Source: Eledone cirrhosa (lineage: Eukaryota). From it: a DNA stretch of 64,000 nt. Made by a program: the position numbers and the translations under genes. The stretch spans positions 3,782,001 to 3,846,000 of the forward strand of contig OZ024741.1 in NCBI GenBank assembly GCA_964016885.1. Direction: 5' to 3'. The first letter of the stretch is position 1. Every line of letters begins with the position of its first letter. Shown here piece after piece: positions 61,601 through 64,000 of the stretch. Below the pieces are notes generated by a model that saw only the letters and a program-made list of their open reading frames with translations, did not search any database and was not told the origin of the DNA.

Positions 61601-64000
61601 TAAAGGATTCAGTGTCTCGACAGCTAACAACTGGTGCTGGTAGTTTGTTCCATGGAGGTTTTAAAGGATCCAGTGTCTTGACAGCTAACAACTGATGCTG
61701 GTAGTTTGTTCCATGGAGGTTTTAAAGGATGCAGTGTCTCGACAGCTAAAACTGATGCAGCTAGTTTGTTCCATGGAGGTTTTAAAGGATGCAGTGTCTC
61801 GACAGCTAACAACTGATTCTGGAAGTTTGTTCCATGGAGGTTTCAAACGATCCAGTGTCTCGACAGCTAACAACTGATGCAGGTAGTTTGTTCCATGGAT
61901 GTTTTAAAGGATGCAGTGTCTTGACAGCTAACAGCTGATGGAGGTAGTTTGTTCCATGGATGTTTTAAAGGATGCAGTCTCGCGACAGCTAACAACCGAT
62001 GCTGGTAGTTTGTTCCATGGAGGTTTTAAAGGATCCAGTGTCTCGACAGCTAACAGCTGATGCTGGTAGTTTGTTCTATGGAGGTTTTAAAGGATGCAGT
62101 GTCTCGACAGCTAACAACTGGTGCAGGTAGTTTGTTCCATGGAGGTTTTAAAGGATGCAGTGTCTCGACAGCTAACAACTGATGAGGGTAGTTTGTTCCA
62201 TGGAGGTTTTAAAGGATGCAGTGTCTCGACAGCTAACAACTGATGCAGGTAGTTTGTTCCATGGAGGTTTTAAAGGATGCAGTATCTCAAAAGCTAACAA
62301 CTGATGCAGGTAGTTTGTTCTATAGAGGTTTTAAAGGATGCAGTGTCCCGACAGCTAACAACTGATGCAGGTAGTTTGTTCCATAGAGGTTTTTAAGGAT
62401 GCAGTGTCTCAACAGCTAACAACTGATGCAGGTAGTTTGTTCCATGGAGGTTTTGATGGATCCAGTGTCTCCACAGCTAACAACTGATGCAGGTAGTTTG
62501 TTCCATGGAGGTTTTAAAGGATGCAGTGTCCCGACAGCTAACAACTGATGCAGGTAGTGTGTTCCATGGAGGTTTTTAAGGATGCGGTGTCTCGACAGCT
62601 AACAACTGATGCAGGTAGTTTGTTCCATAGAGGTTTTTAAAGATGCAGTGTCTCGACAGCTAACAACTGATGCAGGTAGTTTGTTCCATGGAGGTTTTAA
62701 TGGATCCAGTGTCTCAACAGCTAACAACTAATGGAGGTACTTTGTTCCATGGAGGTTTTAAATGATCCAGTGTCTCGACAGCTAACAACTGATGCAAGTA
62801 GTTTGTTCCATGGAGGTTTTAAAGGATGCAGTGTCTCGACAGCTAACAATTAATGCAGGTAGTTTGTTCCATGGAGGTTTTAATGGATCCAGTGTCTCAA
62901 CAGCTAACAACTGATGAAGGTAGTTTGTTCCATGGATGTTTTAAAGGATGCAGTGTCTCGACAGCTAACAACTGATGCAGGTAGTTTGTTCCATGGAGGT
63001 TTTAAAGGAAGCAGTGTCTCGACAGCTAACAACTGATGCAGGTAGTTTGTTCCATAGAGGTTTTAAAGGATGCAGTGTCTCGACAGCTAACAACTGATGC
63101 AGGTAGTTTGTTCCATGGATGTTTTAAAGGATGCAGTGTCTCGACAGCTAACAACTGATGAAGGTAGTTTGTTCCATGGAGGTTTTAAAGGATGCAGTAT
63201 CTCAAAAGCTAACAACTGATGCAGGTAGTTTGTTCCATAGAGGTTTTAAAGGATGCAGTGTCCCGACAGCTAACAACTGATGCAGGTAGTGTGTTCCATG
63301 GAGGTTTTTAAGGATGCAGTGTCTCGACAGCTAACAACTGATGCAGGTAGTTTGTTCCATGGAGGTTTTAAAGGAAGCAGTGTCTCGACAGCTAACAACT
63401 GATGCAGGTAGTTTGTTCCATGGACGTTTTAAAGGATCCAGTGTCTTGACAGCTAACAACTGATGCTGGTAGTTTGTTCCATGGAGGTTTTAAAGGATGC
63501 AGTGTCTCGACAGCTAAAACTGATGCAGCTAGTTTGTTCCATGGAGGTTTTAAAGGATGCAGTGTCGCGACAGCTAACAACTGATTCTGGAAGTTTGTTC
63601 CATGGAGGTTTCAAACGATCCAGTGTCTCGACAGCTAACAACTGATGCAGGTAGTTTGTTCCATGGATGTTTTAAAGGATGCAGTGTCTTGATAGCTAAC
63701 AGCTGATGGAGGTAGTTTGTTCCATGGATGTTTTAAAAGATGCAGTCTCGCGACAGCTAACAACCGATGCTGGTAGTTTGTTCCATGGAGGTTTTAAAGG
63801 ATCCAGTGTCTCGACAGCTAACAGCTGATGCTGGTAGTTTGTTCTATGGAGGTTTTAAAGGATGCAGTGTCTCGACAGCTAACAACTGGTGCAGGTAGTT
63901 TGTTCCATGGAGGTTTTAAAGGATGCAGTGTCTCGACAGCTAACAACTGATGAGGGTAGTTTGTTCCATGGAGGTTTTAAAGGATGGAGTGTCTCGACAG
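19567..64000. repeat. 61-bp tandem satellite, ~728 monomers, continuing past the window end
   Basis: Consensus CATGGAGGTTTTAAAGGATGCAGTGTCTCGACAGCTAACAACTGATGCAGGTAGTTTGTTC. Single orientation, typically 0-4 substitutions per monomer, rare indels. Confidence 0.99.

Noticed and set aside
23261-63645. Short ORFs within the satellite as a repetitive protein gene
   Set aside because: 61 is not a multiple of 3. The ORFs appear only where 1-bp indels bypass stop codons, and they recur with the duplicated blocks.
19567-64000. CRISPR array (the 61-bp period equals that of type I-E arrays)
   Set aside because: The whole monomer is repeated with no unique spacers, there are no cas genes, and the context is eukaryotic.

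Overview
Eukaryotic, AT-rich, gene-free repetitive DNA. The SINE and LINE tails and the microsatellite load look like a coleoid cephalopod such as Octopus; this is recognition from memory, not a database result. Positions 1-19.5 kb are a nest of mobile elements, mostly separated by (TA)n microsatellites: two SINE pieces, a pogo-like MITE, two Helitrons, a decayed near-full-length Penelope-like element (PLE), a 5'-truncated Neptune-type PLE with a 494-codon open RT+GIY-YIG frame, and several non-coding PLE-type or retrozyme-like inserts. By eye I find four distinct type I hammerhead ribozyme (HHR) families in nine copies, two families with a compensatory U3-A8 core. Most PLE-type inserts have a 5'-inverted architecture, including one palindrome with ~3-kb arms. 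Positions 19,567-64,000 are one 61-bp satellite (~728 monomers) with higher-order repeats. Its monomer reads as the C-terminal coding end of a CR1/L2-type LINE ORF2, and the array runs directly into that LINE's stop codon and 3' UTR. Most short ORFs in the track are microsatellite or satellite artefacts.
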